Source: Parasitella parasitica NRRL 2501
Lineage: Eukaryota; Fungi; Mucoromycota
DNA: 64,000 nt
Direction: 5' to 3'
Assembly (NCBI GenBank): GCA_025201805.1
Contig: MU619254.1
Coordinates: 20,379 to 84,378 of the forward strand
Below the pieces are notes generated by a model. That model made no database searches and was not told where the DNA came from. It saw only the letters and a list, made by a program, of their open reading frames with translations. Below are positions 39,403 through 52,147 of the stretch, piece after piece (position 1 is the stretch's first letter; every line of letters starts with the position of its first letter). The translations under genes and the position numbers were made by a program.

Positions 39403-40231
39403 ATGCCCTCAAACAACTTGATTTCGTTATCTTCTGTCTCAAGTAAGTTGTTTGCCTATCTCAAAAGATTGAAGCATCTCTTTTCTGATAGCATTTATAG
39501 ATTTAAGACTTGAAAATTTCAGAACACAGCATGAATTGGCAAAGAACTTCTATGATGATTATGAATTCTGTCCTATTCATCATGTAGAAGAGGTAAAATT
39601 CTATGACAGCTTACTTCTTTGTGTTCTAATCCATGAAAAATTTCAGGTTACTGAGCATCGCGAGAGAGTTCAAAAGCGTACATCTCCATATCCATCTCCA
39701 AATTTATCTGTTTCTTCGACTTCATCTGCGTCTTCATTTTTTTGCATGTCTTCAAACTATAATCAGCAATCTTTTCGTAAATCAAATATTGCCTCTATTG
39801 CTACACCTATAGCCACAACAAATACTACGGCTACAAGAGCAATCCCTATCATTGATCCTAGCAACATGACCCCTGTTGCTGTACCTGTCCATCAACAGCA
39901 TGCACAAAAGACGTTTAGCAACACATCTCCGTCAATGCCTCAGTGGATTGCATTTAAGAATAATACTAGTTCAATGAGTACAAGTCCTAGTAGTATCCAC
40001 AGTAACTTAAGTTTAAGCAGTAGCAGTAGTAGTAGCAATAGCAGTATTAGTAATAATACAGTCGGGTATCGTCAAGATTACTACTATGGTAGTTACCAAC
40101 AACCACAGATCATCCCTTCTACTATTGTTCGAGCAATTCCCATTATTGACCCTACTACAAGACAAGTATTCCATCATCCACAACAACAAATAATCCAACC
40201 TCCTGGATTTTATAATGTTTCAGTTTGTTAA
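39403..40231 (+). CDS. Ser/Gln-rich protein of unknown function with FYDDYEFCP and two RAIPIIDP motifs, 3 exons
   Basis: ATG at 39403 and two short GT-AG introns; ORF 39536-40231 carries most of the protein. Confidence 0.75.
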
Positions 40232-41774
40232 TCGTCAGGGGGAAAAGCATATATCATGTTGTAAAGGCGTAAACTTTTCCTTATGTCACAACATTTTATT
40301 ATCATTGCTGTATATTTTCACTTCAATTACCTTTTGAATTTTCCTCTCAGAGCATGTTTAATATTAATAGTCATTTCACACATACATATCGTTAAATTTA
40401 TAAATATACTTTAAATAGTTATCCTCAATCAAATATAATAAAAATTGATTTCAATTATATAAATTCAGAATCAAAAGTAGACTCGGTGCCAAGTTGACAA
40501 AAGCTGTTTCTGATTTTCTTAATTAATTAATTTAGTATGTATTTATTACAATCTGCATTTTCCAAAAGCACCCTAAAGACTTGAATGAGTTATATGTAAT
40601 ACCAAGTTCTGTTTACTGTGTTGACAAATAGTGTTACGATAGAAATAATTCAATATAAAGAGAAGAAATTTTTTTTTATCAACAAAAATTCTTTGGTTCT
40701 TGCATGATTTTACTCTTATATTATTTTATTTACATTTGTAGGATTATACATCTTTAGCTGCAGGCTATATTCTCATATCCTCTCTACACAACAGTAGTTG
40801 CCTGAATTATTGCACCATTCAAACGGAAAATCACTTTTATCTTTAAACTGGTGCACATTCGTTTCAAAGTAGTACAAACGAAACACATGTTTAATCCAAA
40901 GAAATCTTCTCCTTTGTTTAGATTAAATCTTTTTAAAAGAACAACATAATCTTCAATTAGCTGGAGATAATTTTCCAATTACAAGCATTTTTAAAGGATA
41001 TGGTCCAACTAATACTAAAAAATTTGTTGAGTAATACTATATTATATTTAATGATTGTTACGCTTACTTTGTTCAAATCTACAAAACTCAAATTCAGGCC
41101 AAGAGAAAATTTTAATTTTCAGTTGAAGTACTGAGCTACTGTTGTAGACAAGTTACTGATGTATAGGGGTGTGGCTGACTCTAAGTAAGAAAACTTATTT
41201 TATACATATGACGAAATATGACATGTCAAGGCAGAGCCCCTTTAAATGAAACATTGTTGCAGGAACTGGAAAATCAAACTGATACAAATCATCCATCTTT
41301 ATATCAACTAAATTAATTACTTAATCATATGATAACAGAAACTTCTTCCTGGGATTGTATTAACTTCCCGTAAGATTATTGATTCATTACTAGGAAAATA
41401 TGAACACTAACTCTACCGTGAAGCCCTGGCTCAGTCATACTATGAATAATATGCTTATCAGCTGTGCTGCTTGATTTGACCAACTGTACGGTAATAAAGT
41501 AGACGTATCACAACCACAAAACTCGCCATATTAATAGTGTGAGAAAGGACACCGGCTACCATAGCATACAAGAACATGGGCAATATTGAATTGCTTTCCG
41601 TAATTGGAAGGTAAAGAGTTTGTTTCAAGGCAAATATGAATGGAAAAGGTTCGAAGCACATTCTAATTCCTACTCAAATGTATAAGAACTTGTCTTTTAT
41701 CTTGTTTTTTTGGTGTTGTATATCTCTCTTTCGAATCTCGTCCTGGAGGGCTTCATTTCATCCAACATTTCATT

Positions 41775-43263
41775 ATGAATTATTCTTGTTCCCCATCGAA
41801 AAAGGGTGTTTTGCAGCAACGAGACAATTGCCCTTCTGTGCCACCTATAGGAACGCGTGAAGATCAACACGGTCATCCCAAACAGGCGGTATCTCCAGCA
41901 TACAATCCTAGTAGTACGCAGCAGTATTCAGTACTTCAGATGGAGCTCCCGCCACCTTCATCTAGGTGTCTGCCCTCAATGCAACCTGTGCAATTAATCC
42001 AATGGATGCAGCGCCCTAAATTCACTACCTCTTTTTGGGAAGAAGAAGGCACGCTGTGCTATCAAGTGGATGCTAACAGCGTTTGTGTTGCTCGTAGACA
42101 AGGTAATGAAACTATATTTCGGAATAGCATTAACTACTGAGCGCTCTTTCTGCTGATAGATAATGACATGATCAACGGCACAAAGCTTTTAAATGTCGCT
42201 GGCTTATCTCGCGGTAAACGCGATGGAATCTTGAAAAATGAAAAGGCTCGCGTAGTTGTCAAAATAGGCCCAATGCATCTGAAGGGCGTGTGGTAAGTTG
42301 GTTACCGATGTCTACTCGTATAATAATTAAAGGTGTAATTAGGATCACATTTAACCGAGCAAAGGAGCTTGCCCATCAATTCAAACTAACAGAGCTATTG
42401 TATCCATTGTTCCTTGATAATCCTAGTGCTCATCTTCAAAATACGCAAAAACACGCCTTGTCTGAGCAATCTGAAGTCTCGCATAACATCAGTCGTGAGC
42501 AACTGTTTGTAAGCCCAAGTCCTGTATTCGAATACTAATAAAAATAATAGGTTATAAATATAACGGTAATTCTACATTGCAAGCAAGCACTTTCAGACCA
42601 GGCACATCTTTTATGACTCAATCTAATGCTTATCAGGGAGTAAATCCCACGTCTACCGCCATCCACACCATCACAAACATGCGAATATCTGATTATTACC
42701 GTCCTTTGAACTCCAGATATCCAGGCCTTGTTACTCATCATATATACCCATCTTACAATGACAGTAGCCGCAGTGAAAGATACAGTAATACGCATCAAGC
42801 ATCGGTAGATCGATTTTTGGCTCAAGAAGACTATGGTACGAATTGTCTTGACGGTTTCCCTGGAATCCCTGTGATGCGCACGCAAGAAAACACTGACTTT
42901 CAAGCAGCTGCATGTCGATTTCAAAGGCCCAAGGCAGAAGAAATACTGCTTTCGAATTCTACCTGTCATCGACAACTGCCACAGGAACACCAGTGTTCTT
43001 ACTACCCTCAGCAGCAAATTATACCAAATGGTCCAAATTCTTTGGAATTCTTCTGTCCGCCACCTACATCAGCAGATAACTCGACACCGCCAACTCCAGT
43101 AGATTCTTCTACTACGTTTCAATTTGAGCTCCATTCGCTTTATGGCCAAAAAAATGTGAATCATCAAACACCATTGACATCAGAAGACGATCCGTTTGTT
43201 TTGAATTCTTATAATCAGACGCAGCAATCCCAAGATGATGGACTTGACTTGTATAATATTTAA
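41775..43263 (+). CDS. APSES transcription factor, StuA/Efg1/Sok2/Phd1 group, 4 exons
   Basis: [30 protein letters not shown]|[29 protein letters not shown]...MHLKGVW|[10 protein letters not shown]. Confidence 0.92.
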
Positions 43264-44049
43264 TATATATATCTCTTTGCATTTTCGTTTCTTTATTTCA
43301 TACAAAATAAAAATTTTCCCAAACCTATTTAGTGTCAAGTTTCAAATATTCGAATTACAGATAGAAATAATTGACCGTGTGCGCTTCACTACAAGTTGAT
43401 CTTTAATATAATTTAGAAAGAAGTAAAGACACAAACAATATTATGATTAATATAGCAAGCCAACAAAAGTAATACTCAAACTCATCTTTATAAACACATA
43501 AAATCAATGATCTACATCTTCAATGGTAATAGAAGGGTTTGCTGTAAAGAAACACAGAAGGAATCAGTCAAGATATCAGACTATGCTTTGTTGATCGTCC
43601 CCTTGATGATTTTCTTCTGCTTTATATTTTTCGCGACCTTCCCGCCTTAACTCTCTCTCTGTGCTTCCGTTTTGGCACACTAACGGATTTTGACAATTGT
43701 AATCATACTTCTGTTGATTTTGAAAGTTTAGACCTCCTTTAAAGGAATTGTTAATTTATTAATTCGGCCTTTTGCTTTCTCTCGAGCTCTCGATCAGCGC
43801 GTGACGATACAGGGTATCTTGTCTCTGGGTATTGGGGCTTCGTCTGATATGTTCCAAAAGCTATTACCAGGTGGCTCGCATTGACTTTATGGCTGCAAGT
43901 CTCACTCAGGTGACACTTATACTAATGCCTCACGTCAATCAAAAAGGGATTTGATGAAATTGAAAACTCATTTGGTATGGATCTGCTCTCTTTTCTGTTC
44001 TGACAGTCTAATTATCACGACTTGGTGTTGAGAAATTTGACAATCGTCA

Positions 44050-44430
44050 ACTCAACTTCCAACCATAGATAGGCCGTTTAGCAGCAAAATTTAGTAATTG
44101 AATATTTGCTAATTCAGCTTAACGAGCAGAAGCTCCACGAAGATACATCTGATGCAAAAGTAAACAAATCACGGCATTACGCTGGCCCTCTCCACTATTT
44201 TGAACAATGTAGCAATCAATCGTAGCCGTAAAGTCTTCGATTGTCATGCATTTATCACCTACAGTCAATGCTTCACGATCTTGATATTCGTCCCTCTTCT
44301 TCTTGTTCTCTTTTCTTGCCAGATTGTCAATAAATTGTTCACTTTCAATTCGAGGATGAGGGAAGCTATTCATGCCTTTGTTTCGTCGATCTCTTCAAAG
44401 ATCGACAATTGCTGCAAGATGGGTTCCAAT
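44050..44430 (-). pseudogene. Decayed Crypton/NDC10-II-like tyrosine-recombinase fragment
   Basis: One frame reads TIGTHLAAIVDL*RDRRNKGMNSFPHPR...GQRNAVICLLLHQMYLRGASAR*AELANIQ, with in-frame stops at 44395-44397 and 44119-44121. It resembles NDC10/Gcr1-related Crypton proteins as I recall them. Confidence 0.6.
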
Positions 44431-46163
44431 TGTATTTGCGCTGAGTTACATTGGGATCTTCGCTATGGTTAAGTCTTAGCTTCTTGTGTTGAGAAAGCTG
44501 TGATGAAAAAAAGACATTAGACATTGAACGAATACTAATCATTCTGTTTATACCTCTTTGTCGGCACAAAAAGCAATCTTGGATCCACTAACAGTGTGCC
44601 TTGTGGGATTACCTTACCAAAAATTAAACAAAACATACACTTAAAACAAACACACTCAGGACAGAAAAGTTGGATCAAAGCCAATTGAATAGCCTTATTT
44701 GCAGGAGTTATTTACTAAATTAGTGGTACTGTAGTAGTAGCAGCAGCAATGATGATGGACAATTCTACAGCTAATCCAACATCAACATGAATAATAAAAT
44801 ACAAGAAACTATTTTTTTTTTTACCAAACCGATATAAAATATGTATAAAGAGAACAGTTTGACGAAGAAAAGAAAGGTAATAATAAATGTAACGTTTTTG
44901 CGCTCGTATGATTTTTGAATTGTTTTGTAATAAATGCTTTTAGTTAAGATATAGCAAAATTCTACAGAAAAGTAGAGTATTTCAAGAGCAGAACGTCAAT
45001 CTTTATTGTATTCTTTGATCGATGGCAAATCCTACTGAAGAATCTTTCAACTCTTTATGAATTTTTAAACGCAAATTACTGGACTTGTTTCCATGAGGAT
45101 TTAATTTCCAAAACAAGATGTATTATTCATCGAATCAGATTAAGTTTGACCACAAGAAATGTCCTAAAGATCCTAGAGCAGAGGCAACAGTTGTGAGCAG
45201 GAGTCCTAGTTTTTTTTTTTCAGTTTGAGCCATTCATTGAACAGCGTAGATGCAATATATAATTAACAGACAAACGGCAATGTGGTTGACATTGTGACTA
45301 ATCGGAGTTACATTGTTTATGTCAAATGAGATATAGATAATTGCCAAATATAGATCCCATCCCCTATTGCCATTGAAAAAGCATTGCAGTTTTATTATGA
45401 CCTAGTACTCTTATATGATCGACTCTTATTAAAAGATATAAGAAGTTGTCGCTTGAGCAGGTCGGCCCCCAGCAAGATTTTTATGGTCAAATCCCGCTGT
45501 GCGTGTGATACCACCCAAAACCTTTTATTTCTAAATTAGCCTTGTTTTCGCACGATAACCTTTTGTACAGAAGCGGTCATCGATTTGTCAGAACAAGTCC
45601 TGGGAAGGTAGCTGATTGCGTCTGACTTGACCTCTACTATCCTCACCCCCTTCCCAATATGGTGCCATAAATTATACGGCTTGAATGCCCTTCGGTATCA
45701 TTCTCGACTTAAAGTACACATAAACTGCTCTAAACGATGATGAAATTACGCATAAAAATTAAGACATCTCGTACGGGGTGTTAATCCCTACTGTATTTAC
45801 TCCATAATGGCATTAGTGGTAATCGAAGATGAAGAACAATCTGCGATATTCACTACGGAAGCGATGCCTTGTAGCATAAACGTGCGCTATTTCAAAAGGA
45901 TCCAGGTGCTCTTTGCCCACATTACGGATGTGCTGGTCTGAGGCTAGTAATGACAAATTGTTGTTTATCGGTCTCTTACTACTCGTCCAACATGTTCTCC
46001 CACTAAATAGCCTTTGAGAGCTTATTGGTCTCCATTTGTCATTGAATTATCAATGACCTTGTTGAAATTGTATATATATAGGCCACGAATTCCCATTATA
46101 TTTTCTCAAATTTCTCCTTGTTACTTTCACACCTATTCACTTGAAAATAATACACTCTTAAAA

Positions 46164-48337
46164 ATGTCCACTGTCAAAGAAATGAAGACCGTTACTGCCT
46201 CCACGCTCGCCAAGGATGTTCATCCTTTCGATCACTTGTCAGGGGATGAAATTGTCCAAGTTGCTGCCATTACTCGTCAAGCCAAGCCCGATGTCGACTT
46301 TGTCTTCAACACCATCACTCTCAAGGAACCCAAGAAGGATATCATGCTGTCTTATCTCGGCTGGGACACTTCCAAGCCCCGTATTACAAGTGTTGAGCGC
46401 GAGGCTCTCGTTATTGCCTTGGAAAAGAAGACTATGAAGTGCTATGAAGGTATTGTTTCTTTGAATTCCAACAAGCTCAAGTCATGGGATTATATTCCTG
46501 ATGTCCAGCCTATTTTGACCATGGACGAAATGTTTGAAGTTGAAGAGCTTGTCATTAAGGATGAAAAGGTCCGTCTTGAGTGTCTTGAACTTGGCATCAC
46601 TGATATGTCCACCGTTTTTTCTGATCCCTGGGCTATTGCTCGCCATGTTGCTCATCCTGGCCGCGAGAAGCGTATGATGCAAGCTCTCATGTATATGCGT
46701 ACTTGCGAAGATGATAACCAGTATGCCCATCCCTTGGATTTCGTTCCCATTATTGGTAAGTTACACGGCTTGATCCCCTTGTATGTGGATTCTCTAACAT
46801 ACAACAATCCGTAGATCTTGGCAAGATGGAGGTTATCGCCATTGAACGCATCAAGCCTAGAGATTCCAAGTTCACTCGCCCCACTATCCCTCTCCAGCAA
46901 CACAACTTCTTGCCTGAATTCATTGGAGAAAACAACTACCGTAAGGATGTCAAACCCATCGTCATCCAGCAGCCTCAAGGCGTTTCTTTCACTGTCAAGG
47001 GTAATGAAATTGATTGGCAAAAGTGGAATTTGCGTATCTCTATGAATTACCGTGAGGGTCTTGTTCTCCACAACATCAGTTACCAAGATGGTGCTGAAAA
47101 GCGTCCTCTTTTCTACCGTATCTCTCTCTCCGAGATGGTCGTCCCCTATGCCGATACCAACACCCCTCACCATCGCAAACATGCTTTTGATGTTGGAGAA
47201 TATGGTCTGGGTCTCTGTACCAATTCACTTGCTTTGGGCTGCGATTGTCTCGGCTCCATTTACTATTTCGATGCCACTTTCAATGACCACGCTGGTAAGC
47301 CTTTCTTTGTGCCCAACGCCATCTGTATGCATGAAGAAGACCATGGTATCTTGATGAAACACACTGACTACCGCAATGGTCGTGCCCACACCATTCGCTC
47401 CAGAAGATTGGTAATTTCCCAAATTGTTACAGGTAATTTTTGGTTTTTTAAGCGTATATTTCTAGTTTGCTAAATTATCTTTGCAGTCGCCAACTATGAT
47501 TACGGTCTTTACTACTACTTTTACCAAGATGGCACTTTTGAGTATGAGGTCAAGGCTACTGGCGAGCTCAACACTCACGTTTTGGCAGAAGACGAAGGTA
47601 CCAACGGCATGGGTACTATCGTTGCTCCTCAAATCAATGCTCAGTACCATCAACACTTCTTCACCATGCGTATCGATCCTATGATTGACGGTCAGCAAAA
47701 CTCTGTTCAGCAAGTCGACACCTATTCTTTGCCCTATCCCACTGGCCATCCCAAAAACCCTTTTGGCAACGGTTTCACCAGTGATTATACCATTCTGAAG
47801 GACACAAAGGAGGGTCAACAAAACGCCAACTACGATACCTCGAGATTCTGGAAGATTGTCAATCAAGAACGTCTGCATCCTTATGCCAAGACTCCTGTTG
47901 GCTGGAAGATTTCATCTGGCCACACCGCTCCTTTCTATGCTCAACCTGATTCACTTGTTGCCGAGCGTGCTGGTTTCGCCAAGCAGACGTTGTGGGTCAC
48001 TCCTTATAACGAGAAGCAGATGTTTGCTGGCGGCTTCTACTGCAATCAGTCTGGCGGTGATGACACCGTTGAAGTCTGGGCCAACAAGGAAGTTCAAAGC
48101 ATCGAACAAAAAGATATTGTCTTGTGGTACACCTTTGGAATTACTCACTTGCCTCGTGTCGAAGACTTTCCCATTATGCCTGTCGAATACTGCGGCTTCA
48201 CCATCAAGCCCTGCAACTTTTTCATTGCTAATCCTGGTATGGATGTTCCTCCTACTAACAAGAAGATCAACCACTCTGTCAATGCCAAGGAAGAAATGAA
48301 CAAGCAACAAGATGGCTGTTGCTCCAACAAACTTTAA
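46164..48337 (+). CDS. Copper amine oxidase (TPQ-dependent), 3 exons
   Basis: HPFDHLS, NQYAHPLDF, SLSEMVVPY, AFDVGEYG, LGCDCLG, TPQ motif TV|ANYDY across intron 2, HQH and THLPR copper ligands; ends -SNKL. Confidence 0.95.
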
Positions 48338-48685
48338 ACATTTTAGATGGTCTTCCGACTATTAATCTTTGTACAAACATGATTTTTCTCTTTCGTTTTT
48401 GCGTCTTATTTCCACATATATCATTTTTACAGCACTACTTATACTTATAAAAATATCTATACAATAACCTTGAAAAAGCCTGTTGAAATTGAGCATCTAT
48501 ATTTATTCATCCAACTCGTGAGATTTCTGCTTTTAGTTTGCGTTTGCATGATTCAAGAACAACGCTAGCCTTTTTGTTTCATTTACACAGAGCCGAGCTG
48601 ATGTCATACGCCCAACAGCATTATAACAATCCGTTTTCCTTCCGAGTCATTTCAGTTCATTTCTTTCAAATATCTTTGTGATAAA

Positions 48686-49023
48686 ATGTCTACTTCTTTT
48701 AAAAAGTTACTTGCTACCTCTAAGAATCAAAAAGAAAGCCCTGACTGTGATGGTTGGCGCGATAAATTATTTGGAAAGGTCATTTTAAATGACAATGAAG
48801 AGACTGCACTTGGGGCAGACGAGGTATGGTGCATGTGAATAGAAAAGCGTGTTTGCTGCAGCACTAATTAGTATCGGTTGTATAGTGCGTACGCACGAAG
48901 GACTTACCCAATCCTAGCAGAGTTCTTCGCCCCGACTCTATGATGACCATGGATTACCGACCAGAACGCTTGAACATTAAAGTAGATCATAGCATGAGAG
49001 TTACCGGTGTAAATTATGGTTGA
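48686..49023 (+). CDS. Small protease inhibitor, I78/potato-inhibitor-I-like family (91 aa); exons 48686-48823 and 48886-49023
   Basis: Spliced product ...WRDKLFGKVI...ADE|CVRTKDLPNPSRVLRPDSMMTMDYRPERLNIKVDHSMRVTGVNYG*. The intron is gtatgg...ctaat...tatag. Absent from the ORF track. Confidence 0.88.
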
Positions 49024-49362
49024 AAAGAATAATAAAATTTGTGGTTTACAGTCAGATCTTACAAGAGAAGTAGAGGATGAAAAAAGCTCAAGAGTCTTCA
49101 TTTCCATCCTCACTTTTGCCCGCATAAATCATGTTAATGTCCCATTAAAACGCACAAGCTATCCGCTACTCTTTGTTCCTCGGGAATGAAGACGCACATA
49201 ATTTTTTTGATGATTTGACTACCTAAAGGTGTTGGATAATTGAAATCTGTCCTTTTAGGTTTGGGATGCCAAGCTTTAGCTTTATTAGAAAAAAAAAACC
49301 ATCAAGGATATATGTATATATATATATATATAGAAAGATACAATGCTCAAGAAGATGCAGAA

Positions 49363-51554
49363 TCAACCACTTGCTGGTGAGATAATGTTTTGTAGCGATG
49401 GTGATTGATCATTTTCAGACTTCAGCGACTCCCCAGCTAATATCATACTATCATTGTCAAAAGACTCCAGCAAAGGAGTAAGCATATCATCCACATTCTC
49501 GTAAGCGACATTGCAGCAGGTTGAAATCAATCTCTTGTAATCTTGATACTTTTTTGGGGGTAACCGACATCTTATTTCTATTAAAGTTTCGACATGCTTC
49601 CTTCTGGATATCTGTAGCTGAGTCAGCTCATCTTTTAGTTTATGTGCAGTAGACTGTAGGTCTTGCACAGGACTCGAAATCGGTGGTGACGGAGGCTTAT
49701 CTTCTTTGCTCTGGTTAGCAGGATCATTCTGCTCTTGGCTGTAAGCGTCTTGTAGCAATTTGAGGTTTTCTTTCTGACTGAATTGAAGCCATCGTCTTAA
49801 TCTGCTTTCTAACGCCTTGCCGTGATTTTCAACATTTTGCATAATGGCGGCTATTTCTGCATCATCCTCGCTGGAATTTGCTGATACCAAGATTTTTTTG
49901 GTTTCTTCCAGCCGCTTTTTGTACAGGTTCAATTCGATTTTCTTTTTTTGAAGCAGCTTTTCTCGGCTGACGAGGTCTTTTTCGTATCTCTCTGCAAATT
50001 CGTCAAAAAATTCAGAAATAGGTGGCGCATTGGACGGGTCATTAGTGACATTTTTAAACATGGCTTCTACTCGAGATTTTAGGACTTCTCTCGTATCTGC
50101 TTCAGTTGAAGGGTTGCTACCCGCTTCATTTGGAGGCGATGTAAGTGGGGGAGGAGACGATACAGAGGGCCGTGCAGTAATGTTCTTTTCAATTTCTCCA
50201 AAATAGTCTTTGGGCGTTGAACCATCCTCATTTGCAATTTCGGTGCTTGCACCTGCATCAATCATTGATTTAATCAGTCTTCTGTTACCAATCTTTGCTG
50301 CAATTGTCAGAGCAGTATCGCCGTTTGTATCCTGCACATTCAAAATAGATATCAATTCAGATTGGTTGTTTTTGAGCTTGCTGATCAAGCATTCCATATA
50401 ATATCGAGATGCATAAATTTTCCCTTTCCAATCAGACATTGCCGCTGTGTGGTGGAATACAGTTTGATCCTTCTTATCGATATTGAACATGGTCGTGCGT
50501 AGTAGATCTAGTAGTGAATCAAACGTTTTGTTGTCAAAGTTGTTTGAAAACAGGACGGACCGCATCAATGCTGTTTGCCCCTTGTAGTTGACTCGATACA
50601 AATCTGCTCCATGTTCAATTAGCAGTTTGACAATCTTTATACGGGCCATGGCAGCGGCCCAATGAAGACTCGTATGGCCTTCGTCGTCAATGATCACGTT
50701 AAAGTCCAAGTCAGCAGGAGGCTGGGTGAACAACGACGGAATGCTGTTTTTACCAGACATAAAGTAGTGCAGCAATCTTTGGGCGTATGGCTTTTCGCTC
50801 ATTTCATATTCCATCATGTCTTCATCCTCGTCTTCCTCAGCTTCATATTCCCCACTGCTTACTGTATTTTGCTCCAGTGCAGTTTTGCTGGCCTCTACTG
50901 CAGAATGTTTGTTCGCATCCAATTTGATGGCCTTTGGGGTAGATGATTTGTCTTTCTGTTTTGTAGCACGAGATCTCTTTGTAGTCAACGGTGAAGGTGC
51001 GCTGGTATCAATGTTTCTCGAATTGGATTCAGCTCCTCTTGTTGTAGGTAGTGTCGACTCATCGATATCCAATACATCATCATCAAAGTGCTTAGGTCGT
51101 TTTCTGGCTCTAGCATCACGCGACTTGCGAGGACGCGCTGAAGCTGCTGTAACATGCTTTGGTGCTAGTGGTGGACTTTCATCTCCTTTAACAAACTGTA
51201 AGATAGGCGCTAGTACATCATCTACTTCGTACAACTCTGCGAGTGCTTTACCACGCTCAAACGGAACCCAAGTGCCTATCAATGCTTGCTCAACACAATG
51301 TATATCACCATAGAAACAGACCTACCTTGGTATTTGCCGTAACCGCCCTGTACTTTTTCATGCTGGCCAGTTTGCACTTCTCTTTCTAAAATACGTGTAC
51401 GCTGTGGTTTGTCAAAGTCTGCTACTTTCAATATTTGCGTTGCGTTGAGGTAGGAGTCTGAGCGTCGACGCATCACAGCAACACCCTTACACAACATTTC
51501 ATAAACTGGCACTCCTGAATAGGTAGCCTTGAATATTTGTGAAAAATCCACCAT
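49363..51554 (-). CDS. MBF/SBF DNA-binding subunit (Mbp1/Swi4/Res1/Res2): APSES domain, ankyrin repeats, coiled coil; 2 exons
   Basis: [10 protein letters not shown]...[19 protein letters not shown]...[12 protein letters not shown]|GTWVP; [37 protein letters not shown]. Confidence 0.93.
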
Positions 51555-51908
51555 TTGTGTTTATGTATCGTTGTCGAAAGATAAAAATGGAGGACAGCAA
51601 CTCGATGCTCATTCTTTAAAAAAATAAATCAAACCACGCGAATGGCCCGCATGGGAACACGAAGATTTCTTGAAAAGGAATGCTGATAAACTGCATAGCT
51701 AATAAAGTGAAAGATTTGGACCTGGGGATAGCTCCTTGCCATACGAGAGATGCTGCCTCTGACATGATGGCCGTATCCTCTCAACATTTGATTGTTCTGT
51801 CAGTTTTCTCCGATCTGCGATGTTGCGAACTTCATTTATGCAGCAAGTGTCGTTTGCATATTCTTGTTCAGCTATTGATACATGTACTGACATCGTACGC
51901 ATCGTAAT

Positions 51909-51911
<3 letters not shown>

Positions 51912-51964
<53 letters not shown>
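51912..51964. repeat. Poly(T) tract (~53 nt)
   Basis: Homopolymer in the divergent intergenic region between the MBF gene and the siderophore transporter. Confidence 0.9.
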
Positions 51965-52147
51965 CTTCTTCTTCTTTTGCCTTGGACAGTGTTACTAAAG
52001 CAGGCGTACTATCGCATCATTCGATTGCTATCGTCATGTTACAGCTATCAATCTTAGTTTGCTCATCATCTTCAATATATGCATACTTGAAAGGTATTTT
52101 TTCGTGCTATGAGGTACAATCATCATGATTTACCAAAGATTTACAGC

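Noticed and set aside
41775-51554. Two APSES genes within 10 kb as a tandem duplication
   Set aside because: They belong to anciently separate groups (StuA versus Mbp1/Swi4 with ankyrins) and share nothing outside the domain.
51636-51663. ACGCGAA and CACGAA upstream of the MBF gene as autoregulatory MCB/SCB sites
   Set aside because: Both are short, imperfect matches expected by chance.
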